Part shown: piece by piece, positions 30,623-40,705 of the stretch
Position numbering within the stretch: position 1 is the first letter of the stretch
Layout: every line of letters starts with the position of its first letter
DNA from: Candidatus Levyibacteriota bacterium
GTDB lineage: Bacteria > Patescibacteriota > Microgenomatia > Levybacterales > UBA12049
Assembly (NCBI GenBank): GCA_027459745.1
Contig: DAIDHL010000004.1
Location: 15,240 to 79,239 of the forward strand
Reading direction: 5' to 3'
Length of the DNA: 64,000 bases
The notes under the pieces: model-generated
Told to the model about the DNA's origin: nothing
The model's database searches: none
The model's input: the letters and a program-made list of their open reading frames with translations, nothing else
Position numbers and translations under genes: made by a program

Positions 30623-33600
30623 TTAGGCAGCTAAAATAGGTTCCTCTATGCTCTGCTTCTCCTCAACTGGTACTGTGCTTTCGGCAGTTGCACCATCAGC
30701 ATAGGCTGCACCATCAACTGGAATCAAGCGTCCAATGATGACATTTTCTTTCAAACCAATCAAATTGTCTTCGCGGCCTTCAAGCGCAGCTTCCGTTAAT
30801 ACTTTGGTAGTCTCCTGGAAAGAAGCAGCTGACAGCCATGAGTCAGAGAACAAAGATGCTTTAGTGATACCCAAGATCATCTGTTTACCAGTTACTGGGT
30901 TTCCACCTTCTGATAAGATTTCAGAATTAATTTCTTCAAACTTAGCTTTACTGACGAAATCACCTGGAATCAAAGCTGAATCACCCACACTATCAATCAT
31001 GACCTTATCTGACATCTTGCGCAAGATAACCTCAAAATGTTTGTCATTAATCATAATACCCTGAGATTCGTACACTTTTTGTGCTTCAGTAATAATATAG
31101 TGCTGTGATGCATTCAAGCCTCCAACCTTCAGAACCTCTTTAGGATCAAGATAGCCTTCAGCTAGAGGTGTTCCCGCTACAACCTCATCACCCTCTTCTA
31201 CCGTCAACGTTGAGGCTAATGGAACGAAGTATTCTTGTACTTCAATAGGTTTAATCTTGGTATTACGTATTTGAATCAAGTATCCTTCTTCATTCTTCTC
31301 AATTCCTACACGGCCACTAATTTCACTTACAGGAGCTAAACTCTTAGGCGTACGCATTTCAAACAACTCCTCGACGCGAGGTAAACCTTGAGTCACGTCT
31401 GACATCACAACGCCTCCAAAATGCTTAACACGCATAGTTAACTGTGTACCAGGTTCTCCAATACTTTGTGCAGCGATAACTCCTACAGGTACTCCCAAAT
31501 CAACTTTTTTCTTAGTAGAGAAGTCCCAACCATAACATTTTGCACAAATTCCATAAGGCAATTTACACGTCATAGCTGAACGAATAGTTACTTCGGTAAC
31601 ATTATTACTTACGATATCCTTAGCTGCTTCTTCGTCAATCTCTTGTCCAGCCTTCATCACAATCTTACGAGTTTTTGTTACAGCATCTGTGGCTAAAAAT
31701 CTACCTATGATCCGATCTGCAAATTCAACTGTTCTTTCTTTCTCGCCCGCAACAACCGTAACACCTTCAGTCGTACCACAATCCTCACTCATTATAATGA
31801 CGTCATGTGAAACATCGACTAGACGTCGAGTTAAGTAACCTGCGTTTGCAGTCTTCAAAGCACCATCAGTCAAACCTTTTCGAGATCCTCGAGTAGAAGC
31901 GACGTACTCAAAAACTGATAATCCTTCACGGAAGTTAGACTTAATCGGCAATTCAACGATTTTACCCATAGGATCAACGATCAATCCACGCATAGCTGAG
32001 AGCTGTTTTAGCTGTTCAATACCTGCACGTGTACCTCCAGAAGCAATCATAGTACGAATAACGTTGTTGGGTTGCAAATTCTTCCAGGTTAAATCAGCCA
32101 AACTATCTGTAATCTCTAACCATACATTGTTAGACAAACGTTTCTTTTCTTCCAAAGTAATCAATCCTTGCTGATACTGACCTTCAATAGTCGTAACTTT
32201 CTTTTCTGCATCTTCAATCATGCTATCTTTATTATCAATTGTCTCACTATCAAAGATAGATAAAGATACTCCAGAAACTGTTGCCCCGTAGAAGCCGAAA
32301 TGTTTTACATTATCAATCAAATTAGCTACTTCATCAGCTGAATGTTGCTTCATTGCTGATGTAACCAATTTTTTGATACTAGATGCATTAACAGCCTGGT
32401 TGATAAACGGCATATCATCCAGCAAAACTTCATTAAATAATATTCTACCTACAGTTGTTTCTATTAATTCGGTACTGCCATTTTCATTCAATCTAACCTT
32501 GATTGGTTCTTTCATACGGATATTTCCCAAATCAAAAGACATGATTGCACTATGTGTATTGGCATATTCTTGAATTTCTTCTTCAGATTTGCGCAACGAT
32601 TCATCCATTTCAGTTAAGAAATATACACCAAACGCCATTTCTTTGTTAGGCAAAGTAATAGGACTTCCATCAGCTGGTTTAAGCAAGTTGTGACTTGGCA
32701 ACATCAAATTGATAGCCTCTTCTTGAGCTTTACTGGATAATGGAATATGTACAGCCATTTGATCCCCGTCAAAGTCAGCATTGTAGCCAGAACAGACGCA
32801 AGGATGCAAACCAATAGCTGATCCTTCAATTAAGACCGGGAAGAAAGCCTGCATACCCAATTTGTGTAAAGTAGGAGCACGATTAAGCAAAATTGGATGA
32901 TTCTTAGTAATTTCCTCTAAAATATCAAATACTTCTGGTGGACGTTTTTCGATGTAACGTTTAGCTGACTTAATATTGGTAGCAAGACCTCTCATAATAA
33001 CTTCACGCAAAACGAAAGGTTTGAACATCTCCAATGCCATTTCTTTTGGCAAACCACACTGAGTAAGCTTTAATTCAGGAGAAACAACGATAACTGAACG
33101 CCCTGAATAATCGACCCGTTTTCCGAGCAAGTTTTGACGGAAGCGACCTTGCTTACCTCGTAACATATCAGATAATGAACGTAGAGGAGCAACAACGGTT
33201 TGAGATGAACGCTGTGTAACATCAATTAAAGCATCTACTGATTCTTGCAACATACGTTTTTCATTTCGCAAAATGATTTCAGGTGCTCCCAAAGAAATTA
33301 AATGCTTCAATCGATTGTTGCGGTTGATCACACGACGATATAAATCATTCAAATCTGAAGTAGCAAAACGTCCACCCGCTAATTGAACCATAGGACGAAG
33401 ATCTGGAGGTATAATCGGCAATATGGACATAATCATACTGGCTGGTTTTACACCTGCTTTACGCATAGATTCGACCAAACGCAAGCGCTTAATTACTTTA
33501 AGGTATCTTTGTCCACTAGATTTTTCTGCTTCTTTGCGTAACGAAACAATAACTTCAGACAAATCTAGTTTCTCGACTAATTCTGCCAAAGCATCCGAAC

Positions 33601-34429
33601 CAGTTTTGATAGTAAAGAAGACGGGAATATCATACTCAAGCAATTTAAAATACTCATCCTCTGATAAGACACTGGAAACCTTCAAACCTTTTAATAGCTT
33701 AAGCAAAGTATCTGCGATTTCATCTAACTTCTTAGATTCAGATTCGTAGGATTCATTCAATTTAGCTAGCCTCTGACGCTGAGACAATTCAATTTCCTGA
33801 TTAATTAATTGCTTTTGTTCCCTTTTGACACGCAGTTCTTTGGTGTCCCCTTTTTGTTCTTTCAAATCATCTTTCAATTTGGCTTGCTCATCATCCGAAC
33901 GGCCTTTCAACTCCGAACGACGTTCTTCAATCTTCTCAGTTAAAACCTCAATCGCTTGTTTCTTTTTTTCCTCATCGATAGCCGTAACTAAATAAGAAGC
34001 ATAGTAAATTACTGATTCAAGATTCTTTTGTGGAATATCCAGCAAGGTGGCTAATGGAGAAGATGAGCCTTTAAAGAACCATACATGTGCACATGGACTG
34101 GATAACGTAATGTGACCAATTCTTTCGCGGCGTACACGTGACAGAGTAACTTCAACTCCACATTTATCACATACAATACCACGATAGCGAATTCTTTTAT
34201 ATTTTCCACAATAACATTCCCAATCTTTGGTTGGACCAAAAATTCTTTCATCAAATAAGCCATCTTTTTCGGGTCTGAGGGTACGGTAATTGATAGTTTC
34301 CGGCTTGGTAACTTCACCATAAGACCAATTCATGATATCTTGCTTGCTAGCGATCATGATCTTCAAAGATTTAAAATCTAAAATTGTAGCGTCTTTCATG
34401 ACTTTTTTACTATCGTTATTCATCTTCAT
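30623..34429 (-). CDS. rpoC: DNA-directed RNA polymerase subunit beta'
   Basis: 1268 aa with the NADFDGDQMAVH catalytic loop and a zinc-binding N-terminus. Confidence 0.97.
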   Translation of the reverse strand: MKMNNDSKKVMKDATILDFKSLKIMIASKQDIMNWSYGEVTKPETINYRTLRPEKDGLFDERIFGPTKDWECYCGKYKRIRYRGIVCDKCGVEVTLSRVRRERIGHITLSSPCAHVWFFKGSSSPLATLLDIPQKNLESVIYYASYLVTAIDEEKKKQAIEVLTEKIEERRSELKGRSDDEQAKLKDDLKEQKGDTKELRVKREQKQLINQEIELSQRQRLAKLNESYESESKKLDEIADTLLKLLKGLKVSSVLSEDEYFKLLEYDIPVFFTIKTGSDALAELVEKLDLSEVIVSLRKEAEKSSGQRYLKVIKRLRLVESMRKAGVKPASMIMSILPIIPPDLRPMVQLAGGRFATSDLNDLYRRVINRNNRLKHLISLGAPEIILRNEKRMLQESVDALIDVTQRSSQTVVAPLRSLSDMLRGKQGRFRQNLLGKRVDYSGRSVIVVSPELKLTQCGLPKEMALEMFKPFVLREVIMRGLATNIKSAKRYIEKRPPEVFDILEEITKNHPILLNRAPTLHKLGMQAFFPVLIEGSAIGLHPCVCSGYNADFDGDQMAVHIPLSSKAQEEAINLMLPSHNLLKPADGSPITLPNKEMAFGVYFLTEMDESLRKSEEEIQEYANTHSAIMSFDLGNIRMKEPIKVRLNENGSTELIETTVGRILFNEVLLDDMPFINQAVNASSIKKLVTSAMKQHSADEVANLIDNVKHFGFYGATVSGVSLSIFDSETIDNKDSMIEDAEKKVTTIEGQYQQGLITLEEKKRLSNNVWLEITDSLADLTWKNLQPNNVIRTMIASGGTRAGIEQLKQLSAMRGLIVDPMGKIVELPIKSNFREGLSVFEYVASTRGSRKGLTDGALKTANAGYLTRRLVDVSHDVIIMSEDCGTTEGVTVVAGEKERTVEFADRIIGRFLATDAVTKTRKIVMKAGQEIDEEAAKDIVSNNVTEVTIRSAMTCKLPYGICAKCYGWDFSTKKKVDLGVPVGVIAAQSIGEPGTQLTMRVKHFGGVVMSDVTQGLPRVEELFEMRTPKSLAPVSEISGRVGIEKNEEGYLIQIRNTKIKPIEVQEYFVPLASTLTVEEGDEVVAGTPLAEGYLDPKEVLKVGGLNASQHYIITEAQKVYESQGIMINDKHFEVILRKMSDKVMIDSVGDSALIPGDFVSKAKFEEINSEILSEGGNPVTGKQMILGITKASLFSDSWLSAASFQETTKVLTEAALEGREDNLIGLKENVIIGRLIPVDGAAYADGATAESTVPVEEKQSIEEPILAA

Positions 34430-37400
34430 CTACTCCTTTCGCATTCAAAGCAGCATCATCTGGACCTTCTTCATTTGAGATTTCCATGCCTTCTGCCGCA
34501 GCGTTATCTTCATCAACTACTTCTTCTGCATTCAATGATTCTTCCAATTGAGTCACCTCAGCTTTAAGTTTTTCTGATTCAATTTCTTCTTTAGCTTCAG
34601 AAGTCTCATTATACAAGGTTGCGCCAACTGGTACAACATTCAAACCCAATGACTGCAATTCTTTGATCAACACCTTGAAAGACTCTGGCACTTTTGGTGT
34701 AGGGATATCTACGCCTTTAACAATGGCTTCAAACGCTTTAGCGCGACCCACCACATCATCAGCTTTGATAGTCAACATTTCTTGCAAAATATGACGTGCA
34801 CGATGAGCTTCTAATGCCCAAACTTCCATTTCTCCCAATCTTTGTCCTCCCATTTGAGCTTTTCCACCCAAAGGTTGTTGAGTAACTAATGAATATGGTC
34901 CAGTTGAACGAGCATGGGTTTTGTCTTCGACCATGTGGATCAATTTCATAACATACTCAATACCCACCACTACTGGGTTTTCAAATTCTTGACCTGTACG
35001 ACCATCGAATAGCTTTAATTTTCCACTTACAGGCAACCCCGCTTGATTTAATAATCCAACTAATTTCTCTTCAGAAATCTTTTCAAATACTGGCAAAGCA
35101 ACTTTCATGCCTAATTTGCGAGCTGCCAAGCCAAGATGAGCTTCCAATACTTGACCCAGATTCATACGAGCTAAGATACTCATTGGGGAAATAATAATAT
35201 CAACTGGTGTACCATCTTCAAGATGTGGCATATCAGCTTCCGGCAAAATGCGGGAAATAATACCTTTGTTTCCATGACGTCCAGCTAACTTGTCTCCCAC
35301 AACTACGTGCCTATATTGGGCTACTTCAACGATAATTTTACGCAAAGTACCTGGTTCTAATTCATCACCAGCTTTTCTATCCAAAATCTGAACACTAATA
35401 ACTGTTCCTCTTTCACCATGTGGGACACGTAGACTAGTATCGCGAACTTCACGAGCTTGCTCACCAAAGATAGCACGCAACAATCTTTCTTCAGCTGTTA
35501 ACTCGGTTTCACCTTTAGGTGCAATTTTACCGACCAAAATATCACCTGGACCAACATCACTACCAACTACGATAATACCGCCTTCGTCCAATTTGGCCAA
35601 TTCATCTTCTGCAACGTTAGGAATATCTTGAGTGGTTTCTTCTGGTCCAAGCTTGGTTTCTACAACTGCAGCTTCATATTTCTCAATATGGATAGATGAC
35701 AATACATCTTCGCGCACCAAACGATCGGAAATAACTAAAGCGTCTTCATACCCAAGACCATCCAAAGAAGTGTAAGCAATTAATAAGTTTTGTCCCAATG
35801 CCAATTCACCATCTTCGGAGGCTGGACCATCGATCAAAACATCACCTTTTTTGATTTTTTGTCCTACAGACACCACTGCTCTCTGAGTGTAAGCTGTGGC
35901 ATTGGCTGTACGACGGAAAGATTCGATGTCAAATTTCTTCTTTTCTTTATTGTCATTTTCGATAATAACTTTTTCTGAGTCAACAAAAGTTACTGTCCCA
36001 TCAAAGGGAGCCAAGACAACACGTCCCATGACTCTAGAGATAGTAGCTTCCATACCTGTGCCAACAACTGGACTTTCTGGTTTAACTAATGGTACTGCTT
36101 GGCATTGCATATGAGTACCCATTAAAGCACGAATACCGTCGTCATGCGCAAGATAAGGAATCAAAGAGGCACTAGCACCCACTACCTGACGTGGTGTGAC
36201 ATCAATATAATTAACGACATTGCTATCAGATTCAAGAAACTCTCCCCCATGACGTGCAGGCACACGCTCGTCAGTAATAATTCCATCTTCGGAAACATTT
36301 ACTCCCGCATGGGTAATATAATGTTCTACTTCATCATCAGCTGCCAAATACTCGATTTCATTAGTAACTTGTGATACAGTTTTACCACCCTTTGTGATCT
36401 GTTTAACTTTGCGGTATGGAGTCTCCAGGAACCCAAAATCATTGACTCTGGCGTAAAGTGAGATATAAGTAACTAAACCGATATTTGGTCCTTCGGGACT
36501 TCTAATGGGACATATGCGACCATATTGCGAACTGTTAATATCACGAATAGAAAACGCGGCTCTTTCGCGTGAAATACCACCGGTACCCATAACGGTCAAG
36601 CGGTTTAAATTGTCGATTTCAGAGAGTGGATTGGTTTGGTCTAGGATAGTGGAGAGCTGTGAGGTACGGAAGAATTCATTAATAGCAGCCATAATTGGAC
36701 GGGCATTAATAAGATTGGATACCGTGACTTGTTGACCATCAGTTTGCAAAAGACTCATGCGTTCTTTAATACTTCTTTCAACTCGCAAAACTCCAACTCT
36801 AAAAGCATTAGCAGCCACCAATTCGCCCACACTACGTACACGACGATTAGCCAAACTATCAATGTCATCAGTGAAACCTTTTCCTTGAGTAAGTTGAATT
36901 AAATAGGAAATAGTAGAAACAATATCATCGACTGTTAATACTTGATCTTCAGTAGGCGTAAAACCAGGAGTATTGGTCAACTTTTTGTTGACTTTATAAC
37001 GACCAACTTGGCCCAAATCATAACGGCGATTATTGAAAAATAAGTTATAGAAACTTTCACGTACTTTATCGATAACTAATGGTTCACCTGGATGCATTTT
37101 GCGGAAAATCTCCAGCAAAGCTTCTGTCTCAGAACCAGTCTCATCTTTGATTAAGGTATTTTCAATGAGAGACTCTTTAGCATCTGCTTCCAAAGGAGCA
37201 AAGCGTTCTTTGATGGTTTCATTACCAGATATACCAATGGCTCTCAAAAAAGTAGTTGCTAAAAATTTGCGTCGACGATCAATCTTAACCGTAATAGTAT
37301 TATAACGGGTTGTAGAAAATTCCAACCAAGAGCCATGTACTGGTCTAATTTCAGCTGTATATAATGTTTTACCTGTAGCTGGATCAGAAGATGCAGTAAA

Positions 37401-37841
37401 GAAAACGCCAGGTGAACGAACTAATTGATTAACCACTGCACGTTCAATACCATTAACAATAAATGTACCCCGGTCTGTCATTTGGGGGATATCTCCTAAA
37501 AATACTTCCGCTTCTTGCACTTTATCTGTTTTTAAATTCTTTAAGGCAACACGTACATATAATGGAGCATCGAAGGTCAGTCCTTTAGATAACGCAACTG
37601 CTGGATCATTGGTTGGTTCTCCAATTCTGTAATTATGAAATGTCAGGGTCCAGTTTTTACCAGTAAAATCTTCGACGGGAGAAATTTCTTTGAGGATTTC
37701 GCCAATTGCTACATCTTGAAACCATTTATAAGATTTTCTTTGTACGGCAAGCAGATCCATCTGTGGCAAAACATCATAGGCTTTACCCCAAACTTGACGA
37801 TTCATCTTTTTATGATCAACAGACATTGAATTTTTAGGCAT
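34416..37841 (-). CDS. rpoB: DNA-directed RNA polymerase subunit beta
   Basis: 1141 aa with typical beta-subunit blocks and a 14-nt overlap with rpoC. Confidence 0.97.
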   Translation of the reverse strand: MPKNSMSVDHKKMNRQVWGKAYDVLPQMDLLAVQRKSYKWFQDVAIGEILKEISPVEDFTGKNWTLTFHNYRIGEPTNDPAVALSKGLTFDAPLYVRVALKNLKTDKVQEAEVFLGDIPQMTDRGTFIVNGIERAVVNQLVRSPGVFFTASSDPATGKTLYTAEIRPVHGSWLEFSTTRYNTITVKIDRRRKFLATTFLRAIGISGNETIKERFAPLEADAKESLIENTLIKDETGSETEALLEIFRKMHPGEPLVIDKVRESFYNLFFNNRRYDLGQVGRYKVNKKLTNTPGFTPTEDQVLTVDDIVSTISYLIQLTQGKGFTDDIDSLANRRVRSVGELVAANAFRVGVLRVERSIKERMSLLQTDGQQVTVSNLINARPIMAAINEFFRTSQLSTILDQTNPLSEIDNLNRLTVMGTGGISRERAAFSIRDINSSQYGRICPIRSPEGPNIGLVTYISLYARVNDFGFLETPYRKVKQITKGGKTVSQVTNEIEYLAADDEVEHYITHAGVNVSEDGIITDERVPARHGGEFLESDSNVVNYIDVTPRQVVGASASLIPYLAHDDGIRALMGTHMQCQAVPLVKPESPVVGTGMEATISRVMGRVVLAPFDGTVTFVDSEKVIIENDNKEKKKFDIESFRRTANATAYTQRAVVSVGQKIKKGDVLIDGPASEDGELALGQNLLIAYTSLDGLGYEDALVISDRLVREDVLSSIHIEKYEAAVVETKLGPEETTQDIPNVAEDELAKLDEGGIIVVGSDVGPGDILVGKIAPKGETELTAEERLLRAIFGEQAREVRDTSLRVPHGERGTVISVQILDRKAGDELEPGTLRKIIVEVAQYRHVVVGDKLAGRHGNKGIISRILPEADMPHLEDGTPVDIIISPMSILARMNLGQVLEAHLGLAARKLGMKVALPVFEKISEEKLVGLLNQAGLPVSGKLKLFDGRTGQEFENPVVVGIEYVMKLIHMVEDKTHARSTGPYSLVTQQPLGGKAQMGGQRLGEMEVWALEAHRARHILQEMLTIKADDVVGRAKAFEAIVKGVDIPTPKVPESFKVLIKELQSLGLNVVPVGATLYNETSEAKEEIESEKLKAEVTQLEESLNAEEVVDEDNAAAEGMEISNEEGPDDAALNAKGVDEDE

Positions 37842-37878
37842 TGGCGAGAAATATTATTGGCAGTAACTTCCTATACGC

Positions 37879-37906
37879 AAAAAAAGACACAGAGATACTC
37901 TGTATC
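37879..37906 (-). terminator. terminator-like hairpin plus U7 inside the rpoB 5' leader (putative attenuator)
   Basis: On the minus strand, an imperfect palindrome GATACAGAGTATCTCTGTGTC followed by TTTTTTT. It lies about 40 nt upstream of the rpoB ATG and downstream of the promoter at 37933-37960. Confidence 0.35.
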
Positions 37907-37932
37907 TGTATTGGCTGTAATAAAGTGTCTTA

Positions 37933-37960
37933 GTTATATCATAGCAATTCAAGCATGTCA
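37933..37960 (-). promoter_or_regulatory. sigma70-like promoter for rpoB-rpoC
   Basis: On the minus strand, TTGACA, a 17-nt spacer, then TGATATAAC. Confidence 0.45.
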
Positions 37961-38033
37961 AGATACTAATTGAAAATCATCATATGTATTATGTAAAAAA
38001 CAAACAATAAGAAAAACTGTTTAATTTTTCTTA

Positions 38034-38492
38034 CTATTGTTGTACTGGAGCTGGTTGTAGTTGAGGTGCTGAATTTACTACTGGTAGAGTACTGGAAGAC
38101 ATATATTTGGAATTGCCATAACCTAACATCAGATAACCAATAGCACCAAATAGCCATAGCATTACCACTCCAAAGGTGTCACTCCTGCCAAAGTTCCTTG
38201 CCAATCCAATTGATGCCAAAATAGAGATAACTAAATTTACTAGAGGTATTAAATAAAGGATTAACCACCACCCAGGTTTGCCGGAAATTTTGAGCAACAC
38301 ATAGGCATTATAAAAAGGTATTAAGATTGCCCAACCAGGTCGACCAGCCTTAGTAAAGATCTTCCAGAAAGCAACTAGATAAACCGCTAAAATTACTAAT
38401 TCAATAACTAAGAAAACTATAAAGAAGCTACTGTTGGCTGCCGTTTGTTGCATATCTTCTTTAACTGTAATTAACTCTGACTTATTTGTCAA
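38034..38492 (-). CDS. small integral membrane protein of a widespread DUF family
   Basis: 152 aa with 3-4 TM helices and the conserved ...GRPGWAILIPFYNAYVLLKISGKPGWW... block. Confidence 0.5.
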   Translation of the reverse strand: MTNKSELITVKEDMQQTAANSSFFIVFLVIELVILAVYLVAFWKIFTKAGRPGWAILIPFYNAYVLLKISGKPGWWLILYLIPLVNLVISILASIGLARNFGRSDTFGVVMLWLFGAIGYLMLGYGNSKYMSSSTLPVVNSAPQLQPAPVQQ

Positions 38493-38657
38493 CAGATAAT
38501 ATATGCTAAATTTTAAGGCTCTAATCGATAGGGTTTAATGCTAGTGTTTTTATTAAGAACAGATATAAGTAGTGACAAAGTAATTTACTTCCTCAGATGA
38601 TTACTTCGCCATTTATAAATCTCGCAATGGCATAATTTTTCTAAACTCTAATAGGCA

Positions 38658-38666
38658 TGCTATAAT
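38658..38666 (+). promoter_or_regulatory. extended -10 element TGCTATAAT for alaS (leaderless or very short leader)
   Basis: It sits 9 nt before ATG 38676. Confidence 0.4.
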
Positions 38667-38675
38667 AACTTTATT

Positions 38676-40634
38676 ATGACTGCAGCTGAAATACTCAACA
38701 AATATATCGCTTTTTTTGAAGCACATGGACACAAAAGAATTGCCGGTGCGCCTCTGATTCCGCAGAATGATCCTACTACCCTTTTTACTAGTTCTGGTAT
38801 GCAACCCCTCATCCCATATTTAATGGGTGAAGTACATCCTGATGGAACCCGCTTAGTGAATGCCCAAAATGCCTTTCGTGCCGTAGATATCGAAGAAGTT
38901 GGAGATGACAGACATACCACTTTTTTCAGAATGCTAGGCAACTGGAGCTTGGGAGATTACTTCAAGGCCGATGAAATTCCTTGGTTATATGAATTTTTAA
39001 CTAATAAACAAACAGGCTTAGGAATTGATCCAACTAAATTACATTTTACGGTTTTTAAAGGCTTTGAGGATATTCCCCAAGATAACGAGGCTTATAAAAT
39101 CTGGGAAGAAGTTTTGCAGATTGCTGGTGTTAAAGATTACCAAGATCGCTTGCATTGGTATGGAGCAGAAAAAAACTGGTGGTCGCGAGCGGGAACTCCC
39201 GATAAAATGCCTGTAGGAGAAATTGGTGGTCCTGATACCGAAGTATTTTATGACTTTGGCGATGAAAATATTCATAAGCAGAGTCTGTGGGCAGATCAAC
39301 CATGTCATGTTAACTGTGATTGTGGACGTTACTGGGAAATTGCTAATAGCGTGTTCATGCAATATAGGAAAACAGAGAAAGGAAAATTTGAGAAACTTCC
39401 CAAACAAAATGTCGATTTTGGTGGAGGGTTAGAAAGACTTCTCGGAGCGGTAGACGGACTAACTGATATGTTCCAAACTTCTCTATTTAAACCTACTATT
39501 GCGACCCTAGAACAACAAACTGGTAAATCTTATGCTGATAACAAACAATCCATGCAAATTATTACTGATCATCTGGGAGCCAGCTGTTTGATAATAGTTA
39601 ATGGAGTTAAACCCGCTAATAAAGATCAGGGATATGTATTGCGCCGTCTTTTAAGACGTGCTTTTGATAATTTCAGCTTACTTGGCGGGAAAGACATTTT
39701 ACCTGTTTTGGAAACAATAATCGGCCAGTACAATGAGACCGACCCCATTCTCGAACAACAATTTGAAGAAATTAAAAATACAATTTTAGAAGAATTACAA
39801 AAATACGAACATACCAAGCATGAAGCTAAGAAGTTTATAGAGAAAAAGTATGGAAATAATGTCATTGCGAAGAACGAAGTGACGAAGCAATCTAGCCCGG
39901 ATCTGATAAAAAACAATGAGATTGCCGCGCTCTCCCGACAAGTCGGGATCGCTCGCAGTGACGGGAAATCACCCTTACATGATGGTGATACCAGAGAAAT
40001 CTCTGCGGACGATGCCTTCATCTTGTATACCACTCATGGATTATCTCCTACACAAATTAAAAGTCTAGGTTATTCATTTAATGATCAGGAATTTGCCCAA
40101 AAAATGGAAGAACATCAAAAACTTTCCCGCTCAGGAGCAGAAAAGAAATTCCGAGGAGGTTTGGCAGACCATAGCAAGAAAACTGTCATGGGGCATACTG
40201 CTACTCACTTAATGCATCAAGCCTTACGCGACGTGCTGGGAAACCAGATTCATCAGTCTGGCTCAAATATCACCAGCGAAAGAATCCGTTTTGACTTTAA
40301 CTTTGATCGCAAGCTTACTGAAGATGAAATTAAACAAGTGGAAACAATTGTTAATAAAAAGATAAAAGAGAACCTACCCGTACACTTTGAGCTAATTCCA
40401 ACCAAAGAAGCATATGACATGGGGGCAATTGGACTGTTCATGGATACTTATGGCGAGAAATCCAAAATCTACTTTATAGGCGATACTGCGAAAAGTTATA
40501 AAGATGCTTACTCTATTGAATTTTGTGGTGGTCCACATGTTGATTTTACAGGACAGCTAAAATCGTTTAAGATAATAAAGCAAGAGAATCTAGGTGCAAA
40601 CCTTAAACGTCTCTATGCAGCTGTGGGAGATTAA
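38676..40634 (+). CDS. alaS: alanyl-tRNA synthetase, short form lacking the C-terminal C-Ala domain, with an insertion in the tRNA-recognition region
   Basis: Catalytic N-terminus (DPTTLFTSSGMQPL..., FFRMLGNWSLGDYFK). Editing-domain HTATHLMHQALRDVLG and ...CGGPHV near the C-terminus. 652 aa, against about 870 for canonical AlaRS. Confidence 0.9.
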   Translation: MTAAEILNKYIAFFEAHGHKRIAGAPLIPQNDPTTLFTSSGMQPLIPYLMGEVHPDGTRLVNAQNAFRAVDIEEVGDDRHTTFFRMLGNWSLGDYFKADEIPWLYEFLTNKQTGLGIDPTKLHFTVFKGFEDIPQDNEAYKIWEEVLQIAGVKDYQDRLHWYGAEKNWWSRAGTPDKMPVGEIGGPDTEVFYDFGDENIHKQSLWADQPCHVNCDCGRYWEIANSVFMQYRKTEKGKFEKLPKQNVDFGGGLERLLGAVDGLTDMFQTSLFKPTIATLEQQTGKSYADNKQSMQIITDHLGASCLIIVNGVKPANKDQGYVLRRLLRRAFDNFSLLGGKDILPVLETIIGQYNETDPILEQQFEEIKNTILEELQKYEHTKHEAKKFIEKKYGNNVIAKNEVTKQSSPDLIKNNEIAALSRQVGIARSDGKSPLHDGDTREISADDAFILYTTHGLSPTQIKSLGYSFNDQEFAQKMEEHQKLSRSGAEKKFRGGLADHSKKTVMGHTATHLMHQALRDVLGNQIHQSGSNITSERIRFDFNFDRKLTEDEIKQVETIVNKKIKENLPVHFELIPTKEAYDMGAIGLFMDTYGEKSKIYFIGDTAKSYKDAYSIEFCGGPHVDFTGQLKSFKIIKQENLGANLKRLYAAVGD

Positions 40635-40705
40635 GCAAGAGGTTCTGGTAAATAGTAATTATAAAAAATTCTATTACCTATACCCGTTTGCTATAACCTA
40701 ACAAT

